Source of the DNA: Polyangiales bacterium
Lineage (GTDB): Bacteria > Myxococcota_A > Polyangia > Polyangiales > Houyiibacteriaceae
Assembly (NCBI GenBank): GCA_049691835.1
Contig: JBAVOF010000443.1
Span: 1-43,515 of the forward strand
Length of the DNA: 43,515 bases
Reading direction: 5' to 3'
Shown here one piece after another: positions 1-9,575 of this stretch; positions within the stretch are counted from its first letter, which is position 1, and every line of letters starts with the position of its first letter. The notes under the pieces were generated by a model that saw only the letters and a list, made by a program, of their open reading frames with translations, had not been told where the DNA came from and searched no databases. The translations under genes and the position numbers were made by a program.

Positions 1-411
1 GTTGCGTCCTTGCCCATACATCGGGCCGACTACGTCCCCGCCTACTCGCACATCTACTACGATGGCGGTCGCCCGTATCTCCTCGAGACCACGCTGAGCA
101 TTCGCAACGTCGACCCCAATCAATCGATCTATCTGAGCGCGGTCGACTACTACGACACCCACGGGAACCTCACCAAGAGGAAGCTCGACCGTTTGATTAA
201 GCTCGAGCCGCTTCAGACCATCGAGTTTCTCATCGAGCGCAAAGACGTAACTGGCGGATCGGGTGCAAACTTCATAGTAGAGTGGCATCTGGGCAGCGCA
301 GATACGCATGCGCCGCTCATCGAGGCGGTGATGGTCGGTCGTTCGGGAACGAACGCGATTTCATTCGTTCGCGAAAGCGAGCCGTTGCCTCAGTGGCGCG
401 CCCATGAATGA
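1..411 (+). CDS. DUF3124-domain protein; the 5' end may lie upstream of the window
   Basis: ORF 10..411 stays open in the same frame back to position 1. Motifs YVPAYSHIYYDGG, GGSGANFIVEW and IEAVM, and the ~130 aa size, match my recollection of the DUF3124 family. Confidence 0.55.
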   Translation, partial: VASLPIHRADYVPAYSHIYYDGGRPYLLETTLSIRNVDPNQSIYLSAVDYYDTHGNLTKRKLDRLIKLEPLQTIEFLIERKDVTGGSGANFIVEWHLGSADTHAPLIEAVMVGRSGTNAISFVRESEPLPQWRAHE

Positions 412-418
412 TGGCCGA

Positions 419-1282
419 TCATTTGCCGACGCCAACCCCCAGACGCTTGTGGAAATAGAGCTTTGCCGTCGGGAACGCCAAGGCGAATACGACGAACATG
501 CAGACCGCGATCGTAATCAACACGCGAGGGTCTTCACCGAAGTTTGCGGTTGCGATCGTTGCGGCGGCCCCGATATTGCGCGCAGTCGTCACCAACCCCA
601 GGGTCACTCTCCCCTTTTCACCACCGGTTCCGAGCGCGAAGCCTACTCCGAACGTGATTAGCGTCAGTGCGACCGCAAACGAGACCGTGCCGGTGCCAGC
701 CGTCGCTAGCAAGTCATGACGGTGAAGCACGAGCGCGAGTACGAGAAAGATCGCCGCGGACAAATTGACGATCATGTTGGCCGGCTTCCATAGGCTGCGG
801 GCCAGTCTTTCGCTACCGCCTCTGACCAGCAGTCCGAGCACCAATGGTGCGAACATCTGCAGAAGGAGAGGCTTGCCGATCGCCCAGAGGCCGATCTCGG
901 TGCCCGGTACCAAGACGGGAAGAACGACGGGCATGTACAAAATCGTCAGCACGGTCAACAGCATGGTCAGACCGATCGAGTTCGGCACGTCAGCGCTGGC
1001 GACGCTCACGAGCCTCGGCGTGTATGGCGCGCCCGAGGCTAATCCATACAGCAGTGTCCCTATCATGTAGGGCCGATCCAACGGAAAGAGCACGGTCATC
1101 CCGTATACGATCAGTGGCGCGAGCAGAACATTGGCTAGCAATGCCCGCCCAACGAGTGAGCGATCGCGCAAGGGCTTCATGACCTGTTCGACGGTCACCT
1201 CGAGACCTGCAGTGAAGAGCGCTCCGCCAATGAAGACGGCAATCGAGATGTCCAGGATTAGCTTGAGTGGGTCGACCATCAC
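419..1282 (-). CDS. Bile acid:Na+ symporter (BASS/SBF-like) family membrane transporter
   Basis: 287 aa, highly hydrophobic with about 8-10 predicted TM segments. Overall composition and size are typical of SBF-like transporters. The start is GTG 1282 or ATG 1279. Confidence 0.6.
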   Translation of the reverse strand: MMVDPLKLILDISIAVFIGGALFTAGLEVTVEQVMKPLRDRSLVGRALLANVLLAPLIVYGMTVLFPLDRPYMIGTLLYGLASGAPYTPRLVSVASADVPNSIGLTMLLTVLTILYMPVVLPVLVPGTEIGLWAIGKPLLLQMFAPLVLGLLVRGGSERLARSLWKPANMIVNLSAAIFLVLALVLHRHDLLATAGTGTVSFAVALTLITFGVGFALGTGGEKGRVTLGLVTTARNIGAAATIATANFGEDPRVLITIAVCMFVVFALAFPTAKLYFHKRLGVGVGK

Positions 1283-1344
1283 GTGATTGCGGCCTTGTTA
1301 CACCAGCGCTGCCGCTCGTGCCAGATCGATCGGTTGGTCCAGCA

Positions 1345-2346
1345 ATGCATGCTATAGTCGCTGCCACCGTGAACGTGTTGGCCGCCGCGAAGTTCCTAGT
1401 GGCATTCGTCATCTCCTGGACGCTGCTCGGTTGCGGTGCAGAGCGTAAGATGCCTCCCGGCTATCAGGGGATCATCGAGCACGACGACCGTCATCTTGGC
1501 TTCCAGGTGGGTGGGCGGCTCGAAGAGATTCGCTTCAAGCGGGGTGATGTCATCGAGAAGGGCGCCCTGATCGCGGTTCTAGACGATTCCGCCGAAGTGC
1601 CAGTCCTCCGCGCCCGTGAGGCGGACCTGGCGCGCGCTCGGGCCCAAGCCGCCTTGGTGTACGCCGGTCCTCGCGTCGAAGAAGTCCGAGCCACCGTGGC
1701 GGAGCTCGATGGGGCGCTTGCGGCGCTCAAGGATGCGAAGAGCCAGCTCGACCGTAACCGTAGCCTGCCTGAGGAAGCTGCATCAGCGCTCTCGCTGGTC
1801 TCCGATCTGGAAGCAGCTCATGCGCAGTCGAAGGCCCAAGTTCGGATGCTCCAGCAGCGACTCAAGCAGCTTCGCGCGGGGTCGAGACCCGAAGAGCTTG
1901 CTGCGGCTGATGCCGCGGTCAGGGCCGCCGAGGCAGCCGTTGCAGCGGAAGAAGAGAGGCTGGCTTTGTATTCTCTGTTCGCGAACGAGCGCGTCACGCT
2001 ACTCGATCTGCCAGTCAGGGCCGGCGAGGTGCTTGCCGCCGGGGCGACCACCGTCACGGTTGCGGACACGACACATCCCTACGTCGATGTTTTCGTCCCC
2101 CAGCAGCAACTCTCCGGTCTCAAGGTCCGGTTTCCGGCGCGCGTGCGTGTCGATGCGGACGGTGGTGCCTTGGCGGGCGAAATCGAGCACATCTCGCCGA
2201 CCACCGAGTTCACGCCGAGATTTCTTTTTTCGGAGAGGGAACGGCCGAACTTGGTGGTTCGGGTGAGAGTGCGCATACAGGACCCCGAGGAGCGGCTTCA
2301 CGCCGGGGTGCCAGCGTTCGTCACCTTCGATCAGAAAGCGGAGTAG
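1345..2346 (+). CDS. HlyD-family periplasmic adaptor (membrane fusion protein) of an ABC-2 exporter
   Basis: ORF 1267..2346. I prefer ATG 1345, giving MHAIVAAT... with a hydrophobic N-terminus and an LLGC lipobox-like site. It has a long Ala/Arg/Glu coiled-coil middle and barrel-sandwich-like ends, and sits directly upstream of the ABC ATPase and permease genes. Confidence 0.75.
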   Translation: MHAIVAATVNVLAAAKFLVAFVISWTLLGCGAERKMPPGYQGIIEHDDRHLGFQVGGRLEEIRFKRGDVIEKGALIAVLDDSAEVPVLRAREADLARARAQAALVYAGPRVEEVRATVAELDGALAALKDAKSQLDRNRSLPEEAASALSLVSDLEAAHAQSKAQVRMLQQRLKQLRAGSRPEELAAADAAVRAAEAAVAAEEERLALYSLFANERVTLLDLPVRAGEVLAAGATTVTVADTTHPYVDVFVPQQQLSGLKVRFPARVRVDADGGALAGEIEHISPTTEFTPRFLFSERERPNLVVRVRVRIQDPEERLHAGVPAFVTFDQKAE

Positions 2347-2348
2347 CG

Positions 2349-3284
2349 GTGCAGGACCCGGTCGTCGTCGAGGGTCTCTCCCGTAGCTTTGGCCACCTGG
2401 TAGCGGTGCACGATGTGAGCTTCAGGGTTCACCGTGGTGAGATTTTCGGCATGCTCGGTCCGAATGGCGCAGGCAAGTCAACCACGCTCCGGATGCTGTG
2501 CGGGATTCTCGATCCGACCGGTGGCCGGGCGACGGTAGTTGGGTTTGACGTCGCCAAGGAGCCGGATCGCGTCAAACAAAACATCGGCTACATGACGCAA
2601 CGCTTCAGCCTCTACGAAGACCTGACGGTCGAAGAGAACCTGAGATTCTACGCTGGGATTTACGGTCTCTCTAGAAGCGCGCGCCGGACTCGCGTCGCCG
2701 AGGAGATCGAGCGCTCCGAGTTGACCAGCAGGCGGAATCAAATCAGTCGCACGCTTTCGGGAGGCTGGAAACAGCGGCTAGCGTTGGTCTGCGCCACGAT
2801 TCATCGCCCTCCTCTGCTGTTCCTCGATGAACCCACGGCTGGAGTCGACCCAGTGAGCCGCCGCGAATTCTGGGCCCACATTCATCGCCTTGCGACCGAA
2901 GGCACGACGGTCATGGTGACGACCCACTACATGGACGAGGCAGAACGATGCCATCGTCTCGCATTCATGTTTCGCGGCACGTTGCTCGATATCGGCACGC
3001 CCGCCGAGGTCGTAGAGCGCCGGCAGATCCGCATAGCGTTGGCGTTGACCCCAGACGTTACCCGCGCGCTTGACATTCTGCGCCAGAATCCGGCAGTCGA
3101 CGAGGCCGCGCCGTTCGGGGATCGGATCCGACTCGCGACGCGCGGAGGGGTCGACCCGGTCGCGCTGGCACACGAGCTCTTGGACGCGGGGCCAGGTGTT
3201 CGCGAGGCCAATGAGATCACGCCCGACGTCGAGGACGCGTTCGTGGCCATGGTCCACGACGACAGCCGAGGTTCGGAGGGCTGA
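2349..3284 (+). CDS. ABC transporter ATP-binding protein (ABC-2 subfamily)
   Basis: Walker A GPNGAGKST, ABC signature LSGGWKQRLAL and Walker B LLFLDEPTAGVD. The gene starts 3 nt after the adaptor gene. Confidence 0.92.
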   Translation: MQDPVVVEGLSRSFGHLVAVHDVSFRVHRGEIFGMLGPNGAGKSTTLRMLCGILDPTGGRATVVGFDVAKEPDRVKQNIGYMTQRFSLYEDLTVEENLRFYAGIYGLSRSARRTRVAEEIERSELTSRRNQISRTLSGGWKQRLALVCATIHRPPLLFLDEPTAGVDPVSRREFWAHIHRLATEGTTVMVTTHYMDEAERCHRLAFMFRGTLLDIGTPAEVVERRQIRIALALTPDVTRALDILRQNPAVDEAAPFGDRIRLATRGGVDPVALAHELLDAGPGVREANEITPDVEDAFVAMVHDDSRGSEG

Positions 3285-4414
3285 TGCATCGGTTGCTTGC
3301 CATCGCCTGGAAGGAGCTCATTCAGATGCGTCGCGATCGGCTCACGATGGGCATGATGGTTGGCATCCCATTACTCCAGCTTCTGCTTTTTGGGTACGCC
3401 ATCAATACCGACATTCGCAACATCGCGACCGTGGTCTATGACCAGGACTATTCGGAGGAATCCCGGGGATTCGTGCGCCGCATGGAGGCTACCGGCTTCT
3501 ACCGAGTCGTCGGGTCCGTCGAGAGCTACGACCAGATCGGCATCGCACTGCGATCACGGCAAGCGATGGTTGCGTTGGTGGTGCCGCCGCGCTTTGGCGC
3601 CGAGGTCGAGGCTGGGCGTACCAGCCAGCTGCAGCTCATCGTCGATGGCTCCGATCCGCAGGTGGTGGCCAACGCCACACAAACCGCTACGTCTCTCGCC
3701 GCGTCCCGCTCCGCCGTCCTCGCCGTCGAGAGGTTGGAGCGCCTAGGCTTGCCGACATCAGCCCCCTCTCAGCTGATCGCCGTGGAGCCGGCTACTTGGT
3801 ACAACCCCGAAATCCGAACGGCGGTTTTCGTCGTACCGGGGCTCGTGGGCGTCATCCTGACGATGACGATGGTCATGTTCACCGCGATGGCAATCGTCCG
3901 CGAGCGCGAGCGCGGCACACTGGAACAGCTCATCGTATCGCCCATCCGTCCCATCGAGCTGACTGTTGGCAAGATCCTCCCGTACATAGCCGTGGGGTAC
4001 TTGCAGATGACCCTGGTCCTCGTTGCGGGATCGCTCGGATTCGATGTGCCGATCGCAGGCTCCATCCAGTTGCTCTACGCGCTTTCAGTGTTCTTCATCG
4101 GGGCCAACCTGGCACTGGGATTGTTCTTCTCGACCCTCGCGACGACTCAGCAGCAAGCCATGCAGATGTCGTTTTTCTTTCTACTCCCGAACATCCTCTT
4201 GTCCGGTTTCATGTTCCCCTGGGAAGCCATGCCGGCACCAGCGCGATGGTTGTCCCTTGCGCTGCCCTTGACGCACTACCTCCGCATCATACGGGGGATC
4301 GTCCTAAAGGAAGCTTCGTTGTTCGAGCTTCGCTACGAGCTCATCTGGTTGGTAGCTATATTGGTCGTTCTGACGGTCGTCGCGTCGCTTCGGTTCCGAA
4401 AGAAGCTCGACTAG
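3284..4414 (+). CDS. ABC-2 type transporter permease
   Basis: 376 aa with one N-terminal TM, a large periplasmic loop and a C-terminal bundle of about 5 TMs, as in YhhJ/YbhR-like permeases. Its start overlaps the ATPase stop by 1 nt. Confidence 0.85.
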   Translation: MHRLLAIAWKELIQMRRDRLTMGMMVGIPLLQLLLFGYAINTDIRNIATVVYDQDYSEESRGFVRRMEATGFYRVVGSVESYDQIGIALRSRQAMVALVVPPRFGAEVEAGRTSQLQLIVDGSDPQVVANATQTATSLAASRSAVLAVERLERLGLPTSAPSQLIAVEPATWYNPEIRTAVFVVPGLVGVILTMTMVMFTAMAIVRERERGTLEQLIVSPIRPIELTVGKILPYIAVGYLQMTLVLVAGSLGFDVPIAGSIQLLYALSVFFIGANLALGLFFSTLATTQQQAMQMSFFFLLPNILLSGFMFPWEAMPAPARWLSLALPLTHYLRIIRGIVLKEASLFELRYELIWLVAILVVLTVVASLRFRKKLD

Positions 4415-4426
4415 GGTTCGCCCGCT

Positions 4427-5038
4427 CTAGAACGAGGAACCCGGTTCCTCGAGGAACGCGATTTCCTCGGCGGTGGACGCCCGCCCGAGGATTTCGTTCC
4501 GGTGTGGGTAGCGGCCAAATCGCTCGATGATCGCTTTGTGACGTTCCGCGAAGTCGAGATAGTATTTCGCATCGCCTTGGACCGGAGCGGGTGCGCAGCG
4601 AAGCAACTCCTCGAAGAGCGCGCGGCAGCGTAGCTGGTCTTCCATGTCCTCACTGTGCTCGAGCGGAAGATAGAAAAAGACCCGCTCGTCGAAACAAAGC
4701 TTCGTGTCGAATCCCGCGTCCAGCCCTTCGCGGCACGCTTTTCGCGCGCGCTCGTCCGCAGCGAACATCTTCGGCGTCCCACGAAACATGTTTCGGGAAA
4801 ACTGATCGAGTACGATTATGTATGCTAGCGCCCCATGTGCGCTGCTCCGCCACGCTTCCCTGGTGCCGGCCACGATGGCCTCGTAGTCGCTCAGAAACTC
4901 GGACTCGATTGCCTGGTCGAACGATTCGGACTTAGTCCACCATCGCTTTCGCTGCTCTGGCCTCGAACGTCCGAGCTCGTCGAGTTGCCCAAACCAGAAT
5001 TCCAGAATCCTCTTCGTTCGATCAACCATGTTCATCAT
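4427..5038 (-). CDS. DUF924 family protein
   Basis: Motifs ILEFWF, VLDQFSRNMFRG and RFGRYPHRNEILGRASTAEEIAFL are characteristic of DUF924. Start candidates are ATG 5038, 5035 and 5029. Confidence 0.8.
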   Translation of the reverse strand: MMNMVDRTKRILEFWFGQLDELGRSRPEQRKRWWTKSESFDQAIESEFLSDYEAIVAGTREAWRSSAHGALAYIIVLDQFSRNMFRGTPKMFAADERARKACREGLDAGFDTKLCFDERVFFYLPLEHSEDMEDQLRCRALFEELLRCAPAPVQGDAKYYLDFAERHKAIIERFGRYPHRNEILGRASTAEEIAFLEEPGSSF

Positions 5039-6344
5039 CTCCTTGCAGGGCCGCGACGGCGTCCAAGAAGACAGTCGCCTTCAGCTCCGTCTCGGCCACC
5101 TCGCGATCGGGGTCACTGGCTTCGACTATCCCGCCGCCCGCCCAGTAGCACACCCTCCCTGCGGCTACGGTCGCTGTGCGGATCGCGACCGCGAGGGAGA
5201 TTCCGCCTTCATGATCGATGAAACCAAGAGCTCCGCAGTAGACCCCGCGGGCGTGCTGTTCGAGCTCCTCGATCAGCTCCATTGCGCGGATCTTTGGCGC
5301 ACCGGTCACACTGCCTGGCGGAAAGGTCGCCTCGAGAATGGCCTCGAGCGAGACATCGGGCCGCGTCGTACAACTCACCGTGCTCACCAGATGATACAGG
5401 CCCGTGAACGGTTCCACGATCAGCGGTGCGTCGACTTTCACCGTCCCGATTTGCGCAACCCGACCTAGATCGTTCCGCATCAGGTCTACGATCATGGAGT
5501 GCTCTGCTCGCTCTTTGGGGTCGGCACGAAGACGCTGCGATGCTTCCGCGTCCGCTGGCTCGCGCCGGACCGTTCCCTTGATCGGACGCGTTACCAGTGA
5601 CTTGGTTGCTGCGTTCCAATGAATGAAGCGCTCCATCGTACAGGCCAGAATCGCGTGGTCGCCGCCATCGAGAAACAACCCAAGCGGCACCCGGCTCGCG
5701 ACGCGCATTGCTTGCCACAGATCGAGTGGATCTCCCGCAAATGGAGCGCACCAACGTCGCGCCACATTGACCTCGTAGACCTCGCCCATTCCGATGTAAT
5801 CGATCACACGTTGGATGGCCTTCCGGTGAACGAGAGCGTCGTCCACCTCCATTTCCCCAACCTGCGGAGTCGATCGTGGCCGTCCAGACGCGGTGCTCAG
5901 GCGATTTGCAAATTCGGTACACGCGCGCCGGTCGTCGCCCACGATCCAGGTTTCCGCCCGTTCGTGATCGATGGCGAGTAGCGCCGGATAGCGACGAAAG
6001 AGGATGATCGGGTCCGGGCGACGAACGAAGCGCGGACTCCCGCGAGCCGGAGCCGACCATGCTGCGTCATACGCGATGTACCCAATCCAGGCCGGCACCT
6101 CTCCCGGTTGCGGACCCGATGGGATGACGGAATTGGGCGACTGGCGCACGTTCCGGAATGCAGCAAACGGAGCGTCGGCGCCGAACTCGACTCGGAGCTC
6201 ATCGGACGGCCATGCGGCAAGAAACGAATACCGTCCATCTCTTGACTCGCTTCGATTCGAATCGAGCCAGGCGAAGCCCTGCTCGGCGCTCAGAGACGCC
6301 GCGACAAGGAGCTCATCGATCGGAGCAACGCGTTCGGCCCACAC
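5022..6344 (-). CDS. pabB: Aminodeoxychorismate synthase component I-like chorismate-utilising enzyme
   Basis: 440 aa with a chorismate-binding domain. The RPIKGT motif has the Lys typical of PabB, and GSVTGAPK and RGVYCGALG are also present. The size fits PabB better than TrpE. Confidence 0.75.
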   Translation of the reverse strand: MWAERVAPIDELLVAASLSAEQGFAWLDSNRSESRDGRYSFLAAWPSDELRVEFGADAPFAAFRNVRQSPNSVIPSGPQPGEVPAWIGYIAYDAAWSAPARGSPRFVRRPDPIILFRRYPALLAIDHERAETWIVGDDRRACTEFANRLSTASGRPRSTPQVGEMEVDDALVHRKAIQRVIDYIGMGEVYEVNVARRWCAPFAGDPLDLWQAMRVASRVPLGLFLDGGDHAILACTMERFIHWNAATKSLVTRPIKGTVRREPADAEASQRLRADPKERAEHSMIVDLMRNDLGRVAQIGTVKVDAPLIVEPFTGLYHLVSTVSCTTRPDVSLEAILEATFPPGSVTGAPKIRAMELIEELEQHARGVYCGALGFIDHEGGISLAVAIRTATVAAGRVCYWAGGGIVEASDPDREVAETELKATVFLDAVAALQGDDEHG

Positions 6345-6368
6345 GGCGGTTCTCTACTTGCTCGTCTG

Positions 6369-7742
6369 GTGGCCGTGACGCAACCTCACGCCGTGCGCCA
6401 TCTCACGGTACCTCTCGCATTGCTGTGTGCGACGGCGTTTGCGTGCCAAGATGCTCCGGCGCCTTTCGTGTTTCAAGCCGTCATCGTCGATGGCGACGAT
6501 GGAAACCCAGCCCTCGGCACTGATGCGACGACGCTTCGAATTGGCATCCAAGAGGGCACGCTCCCGGCCCAGGAATTCGAGTACCCAATAACCGACGGCG
6601 CCTTCGACGCCTACGTGGAGTTCAGCGCCTTTACGGCGATCACGCGGATTCGGGTCGAGCTCGATGGTGAGACGACCCAGCTGTTGACCGCACCCCCGGC
6701 GTTCGTTCCCGACGTAAGCGGCGGAGTTCTGCGCGTCGTGACGGCGGCGCCCCTGTCCTGCGAGCGAGTCACGTTCAACCAGATGGAGGCGCCGCGCGCG
6801 TTCTTCGGGATGGTCCAGTCCGGAACATTCGCGTTGGTCGCCGGCGGCACTGCTCCAACCGAGGAACAGGTCGAATACTTCGACGCACTGCAGTGGGAAT
6901 CGCGTCTGTTCGAGGAGACCGTTTCCCTGTCGGATCTGGGGGAGACTCGTGCAGCCTCGATCGATGAGGGCAAGATTGTCGTGCTTCCCTCGATGACCGC
7001 TCCGTTCATCTTCGACATGTTCGATCCTGCCCGCCGCATTCAGACAGTGGTGCTTCATGCTGGCGCGGGACCGAGATCGGCGCTCGTTTCGATTCCCGGC
7101 GTGGGTGCCATGGTCATCGGCGGCGAGGTCGCAGGACGTGCCCAGTCCGCCGTCTCGTTGATCGAACCCGACGGCCGTGTCAGCTCGCTACAACTCAGCG
7201 AACCGAGGTCGGGCCCTGCCGCCGCTGCACTCGGAGAGGATGTGTTGGTCGTAGGCGGCAACCTCGAAGGAAATGCGGAGATCCTCCGCGGCGGTGATCG
7301 GACGGGGCAGCCGATCACCGGGACTATCGACGGTGTGCGCGAAGCCGGTCTACTGATCGGCGATGGCGAAAGTCGCGCACTATGGTTGGGCGGCATCGAC
7401 GCCGACGACGTCGTGCGACTGGACACCCTGCGCTTCGACGGCTGTCCGGACGAATGCGCATCCAGCGCCGGCCCCGAGTGGACCACCGCACGGTTGAATC
7501 CGTTGCAGCCGGAAGGGAGCCGATTGATCATCGGAGGCAACGATTCGCGGTTGGTCGACGAGGTTCGCTGGAATGACGCGGACGTCGAGGTTCTGCCGCT
7601 TCTGCAGTTGAACGTGCCGCGGGCTGGGGCAGGCGGGCTCGTCTTGGAAAGCGGCGTGTTCATCGTGGCAGGAGGCGACGATGGTGCGAGCATTCGCGAC
7701 GATTTCGAGTTCTGCGTTCCAGCTACGCTCACGCCGCTTTAG
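6369..7742 (+). CDS. Secreted or lipoprotein Kelch-like beta-propeller repeat protein
   Basis: The N-terminal signal ends in the AFAC lipobox. Hydrophobic-GG blade motifs (ALVAGG, MVIGGE, LVVGGN, LWLGGI, LIIGGN, IVAGGDD) recur roughly every 45-50 aa. Confidence 0.45.
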   Translation: MAVTQPHAVRHLTVPLALLCATAFACQDAPAPFVFQAVIVDGDDGNPALGTDATTLRIGIQEGTLPAQEFEYPITDGAFDAYVEFSAFTAITRIRVELDGETTQLLTAPPAFVPDVSGGVLRVVTAAPLSCERVTFNQMEAPRAFFGMVQSGTFALVAGGTAPTEEQVEYFDALQWESRLFEETVSLSDLGETRAASIDEGKIVVLPSMTAPFIFDMFDPARRIQTVVLHAGAGPRSALVSIPGVGAMVIGGEVAGRAQSAVSLIEPDGRVSSLQLSEPRSGPAAAALGEDVLVVGGNLEGNAEILRGGDRTGQPITGTIDGVREAGLLIGDGESRALWLGGIDADDVVRLDTLRFDGCPDECASSAGPEWTTARLNPLQPEGSRLIIGGNDSRLVDEVRWNDADVEVLPLLQLNVPRAGAGGLVLESGVFIVAGGDDGASIRDDFEFCVPATLTPL

Positions 7743-7751
7743 AAGGTTGGG

Positions 7752-9563
7752 GTGGTGGCGTACGAAACTGATATCCTCGGAATTCCCGGGCAGATGTTAC
7801 GCAAGCTGGAGAAGTACGAAGTCCTAGACGAGATCGGCCATGGCGGCATGGCCACGGTCTACCGGGCGCGCGATACCTCGCTCGACCGGTTTGTCGCGCT
7901 CAAGGTGCTTCATCCGCACTTACAGCGAACCACCGAGGCCCGTGCGAGGTTCACCCGCGAGGCCAAGAGCGTTGCAAAGCTCAAGCATCCTAACATCCTA
8001 GAGATCTACGACTACAGTGGCGAGGCCTCTGACGAGACTTACATCGCGGCCGAGCTTCTGACCGGGCCGACGCTGAAGGACTTCGTTCTGAAGCACAAAG
8101 AGGTGCCTCCGGAGATTGCGGCCTGCATCGCTCTTCAGCTCGCCGATGCGCTTGGCGAGGCTCACGCCAACGGCATCATCCACCGCGACGTAAAACCCGA
8201 AAACGTGCTCATTCACGAAGACAGCTGCGTGAAGCTGACCGACTTCGGAATCGCGCACATGGTCGATACGCATACCTTTACCGCAACGGGTCAGATCCTC
8301 GGCTCCCCCGGCCACATGGCGCCCGAGCAAGTCGATGGGGGCACCTGCGACGTGCGAAGCGATGTCTTCTCCCTCGGGACCGTTCTCTATTTCTGTGCCA
8401 CGGGCCGACTGCCATTCGTCGGCCGCAATCCCCATCATCTGCTGAAGTTGCTGCTCGAGGGCGAATATCCCGATCCGCTTCGCCTGAACCCCGCGATTGG
8501 CGCCGACCTCGCGGCGATCATGACGAAGGCACTGGCCCGCGCGCCCGCCGATCGCTATCAGAGTGCTGCCGAGATGGCTGGCGACTTGGGCGCTTTTCTG
8601 GTCGACATGGACGTCGAACGACCGGAAGAGACGCTTGCGCGCTATCTGGCCAACCCGAACGAAGTGTCGGAGGCGCTCCGCCACCAGTCGTTGCGAAAGC
8701 TCCTGTCGATTGGCGCCTTCGCGGCCAAAACGGGCGACGTGCCGAAGGCTCAGGCCGCGCTGAGCCGCGCTTTGGCGCTGGACGATGGGAACGAACGCGC
8801 CCTCAAGTTGCTCGGCTCTCTCGGTCGTCGCCGTCGTAGAAATGCCCTGATGGCGGTACTCATCCCCGCGCTCATGCTCCTGCTCGCGGCCGGGGGCTAC
8901 GCGGTTTGGTTGAGACAGCAAATCGCGACTGCGACGATGAAAGATCTCGGCTCGGTGCCCGGGATCGCCGAGCGGGTACCCGCTGCCGTGACCGGATCGG
9001 AACGCGCCGACGCTCCGGTCCAGCCCCCTCCTGCCGAGCAAGTCGTCGAACCAGACGACAGCTCTGCCGGAAGCGTTCCCGACGGCCCGCGTCGGGTAGT
9101 GTTCCAGCCTACCCCACCAAACGTTTCCATCAGTGTCGACGGCAGCCCACTCAAGGCGTACGGTCCCGACTTCCAGGGTATCCGGCTCAAGCCGGGGACC
9201 CATACATTCCGCTTCGTCGGTGCCGAGGACTGCTGTGAGGAGAGGGTCGTTCGCAGGCGGATTCCCGCCGGTGCTCGCGACTTCGAGCTACCCGTCAAGC
9301 TCCGTTACAAACCAGCGACCCTCTATCTCAAGGGGCCCGCACCTCCCAACGCGACGGTTCGCATCACACTGCCCGGGAACCGCACCGTCACCGGGCGAAT
9401 CCGGGAGATCCTTCGGATTCCGATGAGCTCCCTGCAAGCCTCTGCGCAGGTTCAAATACGTGCTCCGGGGTATCGCTCGCACAAGAGCGTCGTTCAGCTT
9501 CGCGCGGGCGGCCAACTGATGGAGCATTCCTTCACCCTTGAGACGGAGCGCGAAACCCCGTAG
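7752..9563 (+). CDS. Ser/Thr protein kinase with a TM segment and a C-terminal PEGA-like domain
   Basis: Hanks kinase motifs GHGGMATVY, ALK, HRDVKPEN, DFGIA and GSPGHMAPE. A TM helix (LMAVLIPALMLLLAAGGYAVWL) follows. The C-terminal VSISVDGSPL...GTHTFRF and TVRITLPG segments resemble PEGA domains. Confidence 0.9.
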   Translation: MVAYETDILGIPGQMLRKLEKYEVLDEIGHGGMATVYRARDTSLDRFVALKVLHPHLQRTTEARARFTREAKSVAKLKHPNILEIYDYSGEASDETYIAAELLTGPTLKDFVLKHKEVPPEIAACIALQLADALGEAHANGIIHRDVKPENVLIHEDSCVKLTDFGIAHMVDTHTFTATGQILGSPGHMAPEQVDGGTCDVRSDVFSLGTVLYFCATGRLPFVGRNPHHLLKLLLEGEYPDPLRLNPAIGADLAAIMTKALARAPADRYQSAAEMAGDLGAFLVDMDVERPEETLARYLANPNEVSEALRHQSLRKLLSIGAFAAKTGDVPKAQAALSRALALDDGNERALKLLGSLGRRRRRNALMAVLIPALMLLLAAGGYAVWLRQQIATATMKDLGSVPGIAERVPAAVTGSERADAPVQPPPAEQVVEPDDSSAGSVPDGPRRVVFQPTPPNVSISVDGSPLKAYGPDFQGIRLKPGTHTFRFVGAEDCCEERVVRRRIPAGARDFELPVKLRYKPATLYLKGPAPPNATVRITLPGNRTVTGRIREILRIPMSSLQASAQVQIRAPGYRSHKSVVQLRAGGQLMEHSFTLETERETP

Positions 9564-9575
9564 AACCCGCCTAAG

